The notes under the pieces were generated by a model that was not told the DNA's origin, searched no databases, and worked only from the letters and a program-made list of their open reading frames with translations. From contig JAPDKC010000002.1 in the NCBI GenBank assembly GCA_029258755.1, positions 6,574 to 70,573 of the forward strand: a stretch of 64,000 nucleotides of DNA. The letters run 5' to 3'. A program made the position numbers and the translations under genes. How positions within the stretch are numbered: the first letter of the stretch is position 1; every line of letters begins with the position of its first letter. Origin of the DNA: an archaeon (lineage in GTDB: Archaea; Iainarchaeota; Iainarchaeia; Iainarchaeales; DTGL01). Shown here piece after piece: positions 35,542 to 45,500 of this stretch.

Positions 35542-36392
35542 GCTTTTTTCTGCCCTTTTATCATAAGATAAACTACTACAAGCGCTACTATTATCGCAAG
35601 CAAGATTGTTGCCCCTAAAGCTTTATCTTGGACATCTACTGCAAAGTTTTTTTCTATAAAGTGTGTTCCGTAAGAATCTTCAAACTCTACAATTAGAGCT
35701 ATATACTGCCTGCCAACTATGCTTGGTTCTGGGCTGAATGAGAAGGTCTTCTTGAAGGAATCCCCTGGATTAAGATAAGCCAAATTATAGTCATGCTCCT
35801 TTACCTGGAAATTTTCCGGTGTGCGGAGCATAACTCTTATGTTTTCTATCCTCTCTTGAGAAACATTCTTGAGCTCTACGCTAACCTCATTGGTTTCACC
35901 CTTGTTTATAGTTGGTTTCTTCAAGTCGGCTTTAATTTCAAGAGGGCTTTCCATAACCTCTACATAAGTGCCTGAAAATCCTGTGTAAGCTTCACTTCCA
36001 TAGTAAACAGTAATAACCCTTTTTTCTACACCTTCTTTTAGTTCTTCTACGGGCTTTACCTTTACCTTTATTTCTCTAGCTTCTCCTGGTAAAATATCTT
36101 TAAGCTGTAGCACTTCATAGCTTGCTGTTTTAAGACCTTTTACTATAGCAAGAGATTCGCTAACAGTGACCTTCAAACTGAGAGATTCTATGAGCGTATT
36201 TTCCGTATTTATGACCCTTATGATATAGCTTCCTGTTTCTTCTGGATATAACCTCAATACTTTTAATTTGGGGTTTTCAGGAAGTATTTCCACAGCAACA
36301 TAAGCATTCGCGGTTGTAGAAAAACTAAGGAAGAGTAAGATTGCTACAAAGATGTTAAAGCCTTTCAAATCCAATTTCTTCATATTCTTCAC
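35532..36392 (-). CDS. secreted CARDB/COG1361-like protein with C-terminal TM anchor
   Basis: Signal peptide, KGETNEVSVELKNVSQERIENIRVML, NPGDS, C-terminal TM ILLAIIVALVVVYLMI. Overlaps the upstream gene end. Confidence 0.55.
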   Translation of the reverse strand: MKNMKKLDLKGFNIFVAILLFLSFSTTANAYVAVEILPENPKLKVLRLYPEETGSYIIRVINTENTLIESLSLKVTVSESLAIVKGLKTASYEVLQLKDILPGEAREIKVKVKPVEELKEGVEKRVITVYYGSEAYTGFSGTYVEVMESPLEIKADLKKPTINKGETNEVSVELKNVSQERIENIRVMLRTPENFQVKEHDYNLAYLNPGDSFKKTFSFSPEPSIVGRQYIALIVEFEDSYGTHFIEKNFAVDVQDKALGATILLAIIVALVVVYLMIKGQKKAQQ

Positions 36393-37695
36393 CGCTTACA
36401 AGCGAGATTAGCTTCTTTCTATTTCTCAGTGCATATATTATACCTAAAATAATTATAATTGCAACCGTGGCTTGAATCAACAGCTGATAGTTTATTCGCG
36501 TGCTATCTTCGGACTGATAGAAACCATCTTCATACACTCTTATTACATTGTGAAGGGCTTTTTTAGCATGATCAAGCGCGCTATCATAATCCTCTTTTTT
36601 TAGCTCCATCATCATTTTCTTCCAATTGCTTTCTAGCTCCGCAAGCTCCATTTGATTTTTCCATTTGTCGCGGTTCTTTTCATCAGTTATTGCATCGTAT
36701 GCTTCCTTAAGCGTGGTGAACTTTTTATCCGTCCTTCTTTCAAGCTCTTTATTTTCCTCATAAATAAATCTATAACAAAGATCTCTTTTCAACCTCAAAG
36801 AGATAAGCTCACTATATCTTGTGGATTTATCTGAAGAATCTATTGCTATGGTTTCAAGGTTTTCCTTAAACTGCATATTCGTAGCGCTTGTATACCACTT
36901 ATCTATTTCCATCGCTTCTTCCGGCAGATCAGCGGTTTCATTAAGCTGCTTCTTTGTTTCCCTATCTAAGTTGGGGTCATTGGCTATTTCGATCTTAAGC
37001 TGAACTAAAGCGGATTCGTATTCCTGCTTGTGAGAATAGATTGAAGCGAGCAGCTCATAACAGCTTAGTAGCATATCTTTTAACTCGCTTTCTTTACCGG
37101 TTTCCGGCTCTTTTAAGAACGAAGACTCGAAAGAAACAGCATCCAACATCTTTTTGTGAAGCTCTTCAAGTTCAGCAATAAGCACATCAAGCATCGAGCT
37201 TAAGGTTGCTACTTGTGAAGAAGCTTCATAAGTTGTAACAGTTTGCGCTATAAGCTTGAGCTCAAGCTTCTCGTTTTCGAGCTTTTGCTCTATTGTCGGA
37301 ATATCGTTGTACTTGAGAATAAACCACACATAGCTTGGATTTTCGTTTACATTCTTCTTAAATTCAGTATAGCGACTTATAAATTCAGCGGTCTGAAACA
37401 GAAGCTTTGATTTTATTTTATCTTCCACAACCTTTTTGTTATATCTTTCAAGCGCAATATAGCCCGCTACCTCGCCATTAGCGGTTATTTGAACAACATA
37501 GTAAGGTTGTGCCTCATGTTTTATTATTATAAATTTGCTTGCAGATTCATTTTCCCTAAGCATATACGTCTGCTTTGTCAGGAACTGTATGGGATCATAT
37601 TCTATAGCCAATGCAGCTGTACAGAGCAGTAAGAGCGCCAAGCTGGGTAAAAAGAATCTTTTTGCTTTACTACCGGCTTTTCGTGAAAACATCAA
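36355..37695 (-). CDS. secreted coiled-coil protein with C-terminal TM anchor
   Basis: 446 aa, signal peptide, long helical region, TM IQATVAIIIILGIIYAL. Co-oriented and overlapping with 35532-36392. Confidence 0.5.
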   Translation of the reverse strand: MMFSRKAGSKAKRFFLPSLALLLLCTAALAIEYDPIQFLTKQTYMLRENESASKFIIIKHEAQPYYVVQITANGEVAGYIALERYNKKVVEDKIKSKLLFQTAEFISRYTEFKKNVNENPSYVWFILKYNDIPTIEQKLENEKLELKLIAQTVTTYEASSQVATLSSMLDVLIAELEELHKKMLDAVSFESSFLKEPETGKESELKDMLLSCYELLASIYSHKQEYESALVQLKIEIANDPNLDRETKKQLNETADLPEEAMEIDKWYTSATNMQFKENLETIAIDSSDKSTRYSELISLRLKRDLCYRFIYEENKELERRTDKKFTTLKEAYDAITDEKNRDKWKNQMELAELESNWKKMMMELKKEDYDSALDHAKKALHNVIRVYEDGFYQSEDSTRINYQLLIQATVAIIIILGIIYALRNRKKLISLVSGEEYEEIGFERL

Positions 37696-37743
37696 ATAAA
37701 ATTAACACTCCTTTTATTAAAATTATTATGGTTTCTTTTCTTT

Positions 37744-38448
37744 ATGCGCGCTATCGTTGTTCTTGTTGAGCCAGAGTACGAGGAAAATATTGGACTTATC
37801 GCTCGCGTTACTAAAAATTTTGGCTTTAAGGATTTGTGGCTTGTGAATCCAAAAGCAAACTTTTTGGGTCCAAAAGCAATAAGCAGAGCAATGCATGCTC
37901 GCGCAATTCTCGAAAAAGCAAAACAGTTTAGCTCTTTAAATAGTGTTCTTGAAAAGGTTGATTTTGCCGCTGCAACAACGGCAATAGCTTCTAAGGATAA
38001 GAAGATAATTAGGAATGCTATTACGCCTAGAGAGCTTGCTGAAAACTTCAAGAGGACTAATGCAAAGCTTGCTATTGTATTCGGCAGGGAAGCCAGTGGC
38101 CTTACAAATGAAGAAATAAGGGCATGCGATTTTGTTGTAAATATTCCTACAGATCCTAAATATAAAACGCTCAATGTTTCGCATGCAGTAGCCATAGTGC
38201 TTTATGAGCTCTATGTATGCAGCAAAAAGCATAGTATAGATGTAGCTGACTCAAAAACGAAACGAACAATGATAAAGGTTTTTACTAAAATAGTGCGCAG
38301 CATGCCTGCTATAAGGAACAAAACTGCTGTTATTTCTTCATTTAAGCATCTAATTGCTAGGTCACCAATAACAAAGCGTGAAGCAAACGCTGTGCTGGCT
38401 GTTTTGAGTGAGATTGCGAAAGAACCGAACAAACCCAAGAAGCTTTAA
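37744..38448 (+). CDS. SpoU/TrmH-family RNA 2'-O-methyltransferase (TrmJ-like)
   Basis: VVLVEPEYEENIGLIARVTKNFG, FGREASGLTNEE, NVSHAVAIVLYEL. Confidence 0.75.
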   Translation: MRAIVVLVEPEYEENIGLIARVTKNFGFKDLWLVNPKANFLGPKAISRAMHARAILEKAKQFSSLNSVLEKVDFAAATTAIASKDKKIIRNAITPRELAENFKRTNAKLAIVFGREASGLTNEEIRACDFVVNIPTDPKYKTLNVSHAVAIVLYELYVCSKKHSIDVADSKTKRTMIKVFTKIVRSMPAIRNKTAVISSFKHLIARSPITKREANAVLAVLSEIAKEPNKPKKL

Positions 38449-38489
38449 AAGATTTAGGCATAATAATTCTTATTTATCCTTTTATTACG

Positions 38490-40127
38490 GTGTTTTCTAT
38501 GCGCGTACATAAAATCGCCTTACTGGCTATTTTGGCCTTAATTATTTTGGCTGGTTGCATTCAGAGCGAGGAAAAGCCGGTTAAGCCGGAGGAAACACCA
38601 AAGGAAAAGGTTTTCTATGCAAAATACGCTTTTGATAAAAATACGGCATTATTTCATCGTTTGCGCATAGAAAGCACCATTGACGGCAACGCTCTGCCAA
38701 CCCAGGTTATAGAGACGGTCACAATTCCTTTGCAGATAACCCCGGATTATACGAGGATAGAGATAATAATGCTTAAGGCATTTAAGATTGATGAAAACGG
38801 CGTAGCGGACATATGCAACGAGCTTTCTTATGAAAGCAAGTACGCTGTTGTGAATCTCTTTGTTGATGGCAGAGTGGATTATGGAACATTTTCCGTTACA
38901 AACTTTTATATTCCGCAAAGAGCATTGCATATAGGCGATAGCTGGCAGTTTGAAGGCATAACCTACGTGATTGAAGAGGAAACAAAGGTAGAAACGCCAG
39001 CGGGCAGCTTTAATGTACTCAAAATAGCCCTTTCAGGCAAAAAAGCATTTAAGTACGGATTTAAGGACATTAACGTTACGCTATTCTTCGACTACGTTAA
39101 CAATCGCATAGCAAAATATATTCAAACAGAAGCCTTTGGCAACTATAGGAAAAAAATTGTGATGGAGCTTATAGATGTCAAGAAGTATTATGAGGAGCCG
39201 CCCCTTGATTGCGTCTTCAGCATGGTTGGTTTGTCTCCTATAGAGAAGTATGTTAAGGCTTATTACCTAAATATGGATGAAAAATACAAGAGCTCGCTTT
39301 ACTACGCGCTCTCAGCAAAAAAGGATTTGGAGCAGAAGGATATGAATGCTGAAGAGAAGCGACTCTATGTAGATTTGCTAGAACTAATAATAGATGACTA
39401 CAGACAATTAGGAGAAAAAGATAGTGAACTAAAGCTTAGGTTGGAGGCAGCTAATGCATACTCAGAACTTTTTAACGAGGCACTTGCAGATGGCATCGCA
39501 AACGCCCAGGATTACATCGCAAGCAAAAAGCACTTAGAAATAGTTGCGGATTCCAATACGCGTTATGCTGAACAAGCTATAGCGAAGCTTTCAGAGCTCA
39601 CAGAAAATTTATTAGGCATAATTCACGGAAGCGTACTTCTCAAGGACTCTGAAGAATATGCTGGCACCACAGTAGAGCTATTTGACTTAAACAGGATTTT
39701 GAGGTCTGAAGTAGCCAGCAATTCCCGCTACGATATTCCAATAATAGGCAATAACTCAGAGCAAGTGCTAGCGCTTTACCTCTATCGCAAGGGCTATATG
39801 CCCGAATTTTTAGTGAGAAAAGCAAGCGTTTTGCTTAGCGGTGATATGGACTTTGTTTTAGATCCTTTAAGCGATGCTGATGTAAATAAAGCCATAATTA
39901 TAGGTACCTGTTATACCAGCGAAGGATTTGGAAATGCAAAGCTAATCTTTGAGGACGCAAATGCCAGTATAGAAATTGATTGCAATAGCTTTTACATAGC
40001 TCTTTTGGAGCCAAGCGATTACAACATCTTTGTTGTGAAAAACGAACAAAAGCCCCTTTTAGATAGCATAGCAGCAAATGAGCCAAAAGCGTATGTGAAG
40101 CACCTGCTTCTTACAGAAAACAATTAA
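38490..40127 (+). CDS. lipoprotein-like secreted protein
   Basis: Signal peptide ending ILAGC, 545 aa. Function unknown. Confidence 0.5.
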   Translation: MFSMRVHKIALLAILALIILAGCIQSEEKPVKPEETPKEKVFYAKYAFDKNTALFHRLRIESTIDGNALPTQVIETVTIPLQITPDYTRIEIIMLKAFKIDENGVADICNELSYESKYAVVNLFVDGRVDYGTFSVTNFYIPQRALHIGDSWQFEGITYVIEEETKVETPAGSFNVLKIALSGKKAFKYGFKDINVTLFFDYVNNRIAKYIQTEAFGNYRKKIVMELIDVKKYYEEPPLDCVFSMVGLSPIEKYVKAYYLNMDEKYKSSLYYALSAKKDLEQKDMNAEEKRLYVDLLELIIDDYRQLGEKDSELKLRLEAANAYSELFNEALADGIANAQDYIASKKHLEIVADSNTRYAEQAIAKLSELTENLLGIIHGSVLLKDSEEYAGTTVELFDLNRILRSEVASNSRYDIPIIGNNSEQVLALYLYRKGYMPEFLVRKASVLLSGDMDFVLDPLSDADVNKAIIIGTCYTSEGFGNAKLIFEDANASIEIDCNSFYIALLEPSDYNIFVVKNEQKPLLDSIAANEPKAYVKHLLLTENN

Positions 40128-40156
40128 AAAAGCCTCATTGCTTAATTTATTAGTGC

Positions 40157-40300
40157 GGGGGCATGGGGTAGCCAGGCAGCCCAGCAGGCTCCAGTCATAT
40201 TAAACTGGAGCTCTGAGCGAAAAGCGATGAAGATAAGCAGGTGCTAAGCATTATGCTTGGAAGACACCTGCTAGCCCGGGTTCAAATCCCGGTGCCCCCA
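40157..40300 (+). tRNA. tRNA-Trp(CCA) with a 71-nt intron (about 40195-40265) after position 37
   Basis: Acceptor GGGGGCA/TGCCCCC, anticodon stem GCAGG/CCTGC, loop CTCCAG|A, T arm CCGGGTTCAAATCCCGG. Exons sum to 73 nt. The intron holds CTGA and ATGAAGA boxes. Confidence 0.85.
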
Positions 40301-40326
40301 CATTTATTAACTTTTGAGGTGCTTTT

Positions 40327-41772
40327 ATGGCAGGAGAAGATAGAAAACAGCTTGGTATTACGGTTAAAAAGAGCGAGAACATAAGCGAGTGGTATTCGCA
40401 AGTAATTCAGAAAGGTAAGTTCGCTGATTATACCAGCGTAAGCGGCTGTATGGTTTTGAGGCCACATGCCTATGCTATTTGGGAAAACATACAGCGCATC
40501 TTTAATGAAAAAATAAAACGTTTGGGGCATAAAAACGTTTACTTCCCGCTCTTTATTCCAGAACATCTTTTTGAAAAGGAAAAGGAGCATGTTGAGGGTT
40601 TTGAGCCAGAGGTTGCTTGGGTCGAGCGTGCAGGCGACAAAAAGCTTGAAGAAAGGCTTGCTGTCAGACCTACGAGCGAAACAATATTCTATGAAAGCTA
40701 CTCGAAATGGATTCGCTCGCACAGAGATCTGCCCTTGCTTCTTAACCAGTGGTGCAATGTTGTGCGTTGGGAGTTTAAGCATCCAAAACCCTTCTTGCGC
40801 ACAAGAGAATTTCTCTGGCAGGAGGGGCATACGGCGCACGCAAGCAGGGAAGAAGCTGAAAAAGAAGCACATACGATACTGAAAGAATATGTGGATCTAA
40901 TCGAGAATTATTTAGCGATACCGGTGATTGCAGGCAAAAAGACAGAGCTCGAGAAGTTTCCTGGAGCGGAATACACGCTTACAATGGAAACTTTGATGCC
41001 CAGCGGCAAAGCATTGCAAATGGGAACATCGCATTTCTTAGGCCAGAATTTTGCAAAAGCATTTGATATAACTTTTTTGGATGCCGATGGTAAGAAAAAG
41101 TATGTATGGCAAACAAGCTGGGGTATTTCCACAAGATTAATAGGAGCTTTGATAATGGTGCATGGTGATGATAAGGGAGCAATAATTCCGCCAAGAATTG
41201 CTGAACATAAAATTGTTATAGTTCCAATATACTTTGCCGATTCCAAGGAAAAAGTTCTTGCAAAATGCAAAGAGCTTGCAGAAAAGTTAGCTAACTTCAA
41301 TCCAATACTTGATGATCGCGAGCAATACACGCCGGGATGGAAGTTTAATGAATGGGAACTTTACGGAATTCCTTTAAGAATAGAATTGGGACCTAAAGAT
41401 ATTCAAAACGAGCAAGCAGTGCTTGTGAGACGCGATAATAATGAAAAATTAGTGGTGCCTTTGAAGGGTATTGAAAAGAGGGTAGCCGAAATACTCGAGC
41501 TCATTCAGAATTCATTGTTTGAAAGAGCCAGGAAGTTTTTGCAAGAAAATACGGTTTTCGTATCGAACAAAGAAGATTTTGTAAAAGCGATAGAATCGGG
41601 CAAAATGGCTCTTGCTTACTTCTGCGAAACAGAAGAATGCGAGCTTGAAATAAAAAAGGAGACAGGCGCAACTAACAGAGTAATTCCTCTTGACCAAAAA
41701 GAAACAAACGCTAATTGTTTTTTCTGCGGAAAACCTGCAAAAAGAAAAAGCTACTTTGCCAAATCTTATTAG
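40327..41772 (+). CDS. proS: prolyl-tRNA synthetase (archaeal/eukaryotic type)
   Basis: NISEWYSQVIQKGKFADYTSVSGCMVLRP, class II motifs, C-terminal zinc-binding-type domain ending KSY. 481 aa. Confidence 0.9.
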   Translation: MAGEDRKQLGITVKKSENISEWYSQVIQKGKFADYTSVSGCMVLRPHAYAIWENIQRIFNEKIKRLGHKNVYFPLFIPEHLFEKEKEHVEGFEPEVAWVERAGDKKLEERLAVRPTSETIFYESYSKWIRSHRDLPLLLNQWCNVVRWEFKHPKPFLRTREFLWQEGHTAHASREEAEKEAHTILKEYVDLIENYLAIPVIAGKKTELEKFPGAEYTLTMETLMPSGKALQMGTSHFLGQNFAKAFDITFLDADGKKKYVWQTSWGISTRLIGALIMVHGDDKGAIIPPRIAEHKIVIVPIYFADSKEKVLAKCKELAEKLANFNPILDDREQYTPGWKFNEWELYGIPLRIELGPKDIQNEQAVLVRRDNNEKLVVPLKGIEKRVAEILELIQNSLFERARKFLQENTVFVSNKEDFVKAIESGKMALAYFCETEECELEIKKETGATNRVIPLDQKETNANCFFCGKPAKRKSYFAKSY

Positions 41773-41815
41773 GGTGGGAAAGGTTTATTAAGGGGTAAAG
41801 TTTAAATTTTAAGTT

Positions 41816-44200
41816 ATGCAGCGTAAATATATTTTTGTTATTCTTTTAACATCGCTGCTTTTGATTTTTGGAAAAGCATACTCGTGGGAAATAAAAGAAC
41901 TTAAAGTAAACAAAACTACGCTTAAAGAAGCTGAGCTGTTCGAGGTTGAAGCAATCATCGAGGGTGAAGCAAACAAACTGACGTTTACTTGGGATTGGGG
42001 CGACGGTTCCGAAAAGCTTCAATTAAGCGAGCCGAAAGCGTATCATGTTTTCTACATAAGCGATGGTTCTCGAAGTAAAAACTTTCGTATTACCTTAGTT
42101 GTAAGCGATGGTAAAAAACTTGACACCGAAACTCTGGATATAACTGTAAAAAAAGCTTATGGGAAAATAAGACCCTTCCTTCAGCAGGTAACAAAGTTGA
42201 ATGAAAAGAATAAACCTTTCAAGGTGATGTTTGAGATATTGGACAGCTCAGACAATATTATCTCTTCCTCATATGTTGAATCTTTACAAGCAAATTTAAA
42301 TGGCGCTTCTATGGAGATAAAAGCAGAGAGCGAAGATCTTTATTCTGTTGAGATTATTCCCAGGTGTGATTTTGACTATGTGGAATTTCTGCATATTAAT
42401 GCAGAGGTTCTTTTAGGAGCAGCACACAACATAAAACGCACTCTTGAAGTGAGAGTTCCAATCTATTTCGCTCCAGTGAATCTTAGTATATTAAAGAATC
42501 CTGTGGAAGATAAGAAGCTTTATGCAGGCGATTCCTTGGGAGAAGTGCAACTGCAAATAGCTTGCCCTGACGGCACTATTGTTAAGGCCGGTGATTTTTA
42601 TGCGAGCTTAATAAGCGATTCTAATATAATTGAAACGCAACAGCTGAATTATGTTGACCTATACTTCCGTGCAACTTTTGCCTATAAATTCTCCTTAGAA
42701 GATGTGGAGAAAAAATATGAAATGATGTTTGAAGGCACCGATAACCACGGCAATATTCTGCCTAAAACTACATTCCCAGTTTTAATTGGTAAAGATAATC
42801 CTGCGTTCGATTTGGTGTTAATAGAACCCTCCGCTAAAGAAAAGGAATTTGGCTATGGGCAAAAAGTGAGCTTTATAGCCAAAATAAACTCTAATTTGCG
42901 TGTTGAAGAGGCAGAGGTTTATCTTGTAGTACCTTCGCTGAATATGAAGCGGTATTTTTCAAAAGAAGGGGACAAGTTTGTTCTTGAGCTTGCTATGCCT
43001 GAAAAGAAGGTGTATAAAACCGAATTTAAGATAGTGGCCATAGGCAGAGCGGATGGTAAAGAGCTGGCCGATTACGAGAAATTTAAGGGATCAATAACAA
43101 ATAATATTTCGGTAGAGTTTCTTTATCCTTACGATGCAAAAAAAGGCCGCACCTTATTTGAAGAAGAAAATGCTCTCAAGGTTTATCTTAAGTATCCGGA
43201 CGGTTCCTTGGTACAGTTTCCAAAAGTTAGAGCGGTTCTCTATTTAGATGGAGAAAAAAAGGATGTTGTTTTAAAAAGAGATGAGGTAAAAGGTTATTAT
43301 TTCTATAAATTTGACGAACCGCTTTTGGGAGCACATAAATTAAAAATTGATTTGCGAGATAAACTGCAAGGAACTAAGGAAGCAGAAGTCGTTATTGTTA
43401 AGCAGACCTCCTGGCACTTTACAGTAGGGCTGCTTTTTATTCTAGTACTTGTAGGAATAATAGGTTACGTAATCTATAGTAGATTTAAGCACTGGAAAGA
43501 TTTGCAGATGAGCTATATCAAAAGAATCTCCCAGATAGATAGAGAAATAAAAAGGTTGGAGCTGAGCGTATTCAAAAGAAAAATTACTCCAGAGCAATAT
43601 AAAGAAAAGGTTTTGCTCTTGCAAAACGAAAAAGATACGCTAAAAGAAAAAATTGTTGAAAACACAAACTTTGTTGCATTTATAAGGGAATTTTTGAAAG
43701 CGGTGTTGCCTAAGAAAAGATCTGCGTTAAAACCTATTGTTGTGGGAAAACTGCCGAAATTGCCGGAAAAAGAACCGGAACAGCCAATAAGGGAAGCAGA
43801 AACAGAAGCTAAGCAAGCAGAAGAAGAATTAAAGCAGATGGTAAGAGAAGCAAAGCCGGAGGAAAGGAAAAAGGTTTCTGTGGCCAGGGAAAAAGTTCCA
43901 GAAAAACAGGAAGTAAAAACTGAAGTAGTTAAGAAGAAACCTAAAACAGAAGAATTGGAAGAGATAAAAAAAGAGATTGAAAAAAAGGAAACAAGTGCTA
44001 AAGAAAAACCGACTATGTTTGAAAGTTACGAGCAGGAGTTCTCTTCTGAAGAAAGGGCAGAAATAGAGCGCTTGTGCTCAATTCTGGCTCCTATAAAGAA
44101 TAAGTATTCTGTAGGAGAGCTTTATAAAGCTCTTATAGCAGAAGGATATAAGCCAAGCATAGCTCTTGCGGTGATTACGAAGCTGTTTAAGAAGTCATAG
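41816..44200 (+). CDS. large surface protein with PKD-like domain, single TM and long K/E-rich cytoplasmic tail
   Basis: Signal peptide, PKD signature FTWDWGDGS, TM VGLLFILVLVGIIGYVIY. The tail contains EEELKQMVREA. Confidence 0.6.
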   Translation: MQRKYIFVILLTSLLLIFGKAYSWEIKELKVNKTTLKEAELFEVEAIIEGEANKLTFTWDWGDGSEKLQLSEPKAYHVFYISDGSRSKNFRITLVVSDGKKLDTETLDITVKKAYGKIRPFLQQVTKLNEKNKPFKVMFEILDSSDNIISSSYVESLQANLNGASMEIKAESEDLYSVEIIPRCDFDYVEFLHINAEVLLGAAHNIKRTLEVRVPIYFAPVNLSILKNPVEDKKLYAGDSLGEVQLQIACPDGTIVKAGDFYASLISDSNIIETQQLNYVDLYFRATFAYKFSLEDVEKKYEMMFEGTDNHGNILPKTTFPVLIGKDNPAFDLVLIEPSAKEKEFGYGQKVSFIAKINSNLRVEEAEVYLVVPSLNMKRYFSKEGDKFVLELAMPEKKVYKTEFKIVAIGRADGKELADYEKFKGSITNNISVEFLYPYDAKKGRTLFEEENALKVYLKYPDGSLVQFPKVRAVLYLDGEKKDVVLKRDEVKGYYFYKFDEPLLGAHKLKIDLRDKLQGTKEAEVVIVKQTSWHFTVGLLFILVLVGIIGYVIYSRFKHWKDLQMSYIKRISQIDREIKRLELSVFKRKITPEQYKEKVLLLQNEKDTLKEKIVENTNFVAFIREFLKAVLPKKRSALKPIVVGKLPKLPEKEPEQPIREAETEAKQAEEELKQMVREAKPEERKKVSVAREKVPEKQEVKTEVVKKKPKTEELEEIKKEIEKKETSAKEKPTMFESYEQEFSSEERAEIERLCSILAPIKNKYSVGELYKALIAEGYKPSIALAVITKLFKKS

Positions 44201-44876
44201 CTCTGTAAAATCGCTCTATTTCTTCTGCGCTTAGAGCACAGCCGTTGTATTTTACAGCATATAGGGCAGCTCTTAAAACCTCTGAACCATCTCCAAGCAT
44301 CTTTTGTAGAAGCCCTTTTTCATATGCTAGTGCCACAAGCTCACTTGAGCGTATTATCGTTAGCTTGCCAAAGTTTTTTTTAAAGAACCTCGCTTTTTCT
44401 GGAACCATCTTTACTCTCTCGCGATGTCTTTTTTCAAGAAGTGCCTTCAGCCTGCGTGGTTCTTCTATAAGCATTCTTGTTGTACGTTCATCAATGACCA
44501 TCCCTTCAGCTTTTATGCTTTTCGCCAACACAAGTATTTCTGCTTCACCGGGATGTATTATGTTAAGCGGTCCGTGCTCTGAGATGTAACAGGAGTTTGC
44601 GCACTCTAAAACCTTTTCCAAGAGCTGCCTATCTTTTTCGTTCAATTTCTTTATTTTAAGCCATCCTTCGGAAAGACCCTTGCTTATTCTGAGCGCGTTA
44701 AGCTCAAATCTTTTTATCTTCAGCGCATTTCCTACAGTTTCTTCTAAGATTTTTTCAGAAATTATAAAACCGATATCAAATTTCTTACTTAGCTCCTTCA
44801 TTAGGTTGAATAAACATGTAGAAGAAAGAGATATGAGAGTGCTGGAATCGACAACAAACTTGTGCAAGTTACTCAC
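44187..44876 (-). CDS. PIN-domain protein
   Basis: N-terminal FVVDSSTLISL and HPGEAEILVLAK resemble PIN acidic-residue motifs. 229 aa. Confidence 0.5.
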   Translation of the reverse strand: MSNLHKFVVDSSTLISLSSTCLFNLMKELSKKFDIGFIISEKILEETVGNALKIKRFELNALRISKGLSEGWLKIKKLNEKDRQLLEKVLECANSCYISEHGPLNIIHPGEAEILVLAKSIKAEGMVIDERTTRMLIEEPRRLKALLEKRHRERVKMVPEKARFFKKNFGKLTIIRSSELVALAYEKGLLQKMLGDGSEVLRAALYAVKYNGCALSAEEIERFYRAMTS

Positions 44877-45435
44877 CTAAAACTCTTTTCAGTTTCTTCA
44901 ATCTGCTTGCAATGCTTTCTTCAGGAAGCTCTTTATCATGCAGTTTTGTTGCACCGATGTATTCTTGCAAAGTTTTTTTGTCGGCCCCAGTTAATTCTGC
45001 GGCTTTACCAAGTGATGCTCCCAAGAAATAGGCATCGCTAGCATATTTAACTCTCGCCTTATCGAGCAAACTTTGCACAAATCTACTAAAAAAGCGATCT
45101 ATACGCTCTATTCTGCTGTGGAGAGAAGCAAGCGATTTTTGGAATTCCTTCGTTTTTCCACTATCTAATAGGAATACTAGCTTATTCAGGCTTCTTATTA
45201 TAGCTTCTCTATTTTTTTTCCATTTCTTAGATCTTATTATGTGCTCCTTAGTAAGAATTTTGTGCAATACATATGCTATTATGCTTTGCTGCGCCAAAAG
45301 CACACTATCTTTCTTAACGGCTTCCCTTATCAATTCGTTTGCCTTAATCCGAAGCTCCATGGCTTTGTTTTCTTTAAAGAAGCGCAAAATTTCTCGCATA
45401 TTCTCTGGCAATTCCGAACTATTCGAACTATCCAT
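44869..45435 (-). CDS. helical hypothetical protein, operon partner of the PIN protein
   Basis: 188-aa ORF overlapping the PIN gene start by 8 nt. Possible HTH GKAAELTGADKKTLQEYIG. Confidence 0.45.
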   Translation of the reverse strand: MDSSNSSELPENMREILRFFKENKAMELRIKANELIREAVKKDSVLLAQQSIIAYVLHKILTKEHIIRSKKWKKNREAIIRSLNKLVFLLDSGKTKEFQKSLASLHSRIERIDRFFSRFVQSLLDKARVKYASDAYFLGASLGKAAELTGADKKTLQEYIGATKLHDKELPEESIASRLKKLKRVLGE

Positions 45436-45500
45436 AGGTCTCTATTTTAGTTAAATCTCCCAACCTATTTTAATTTTTCGCTTTCTTGATTAAAATATAC

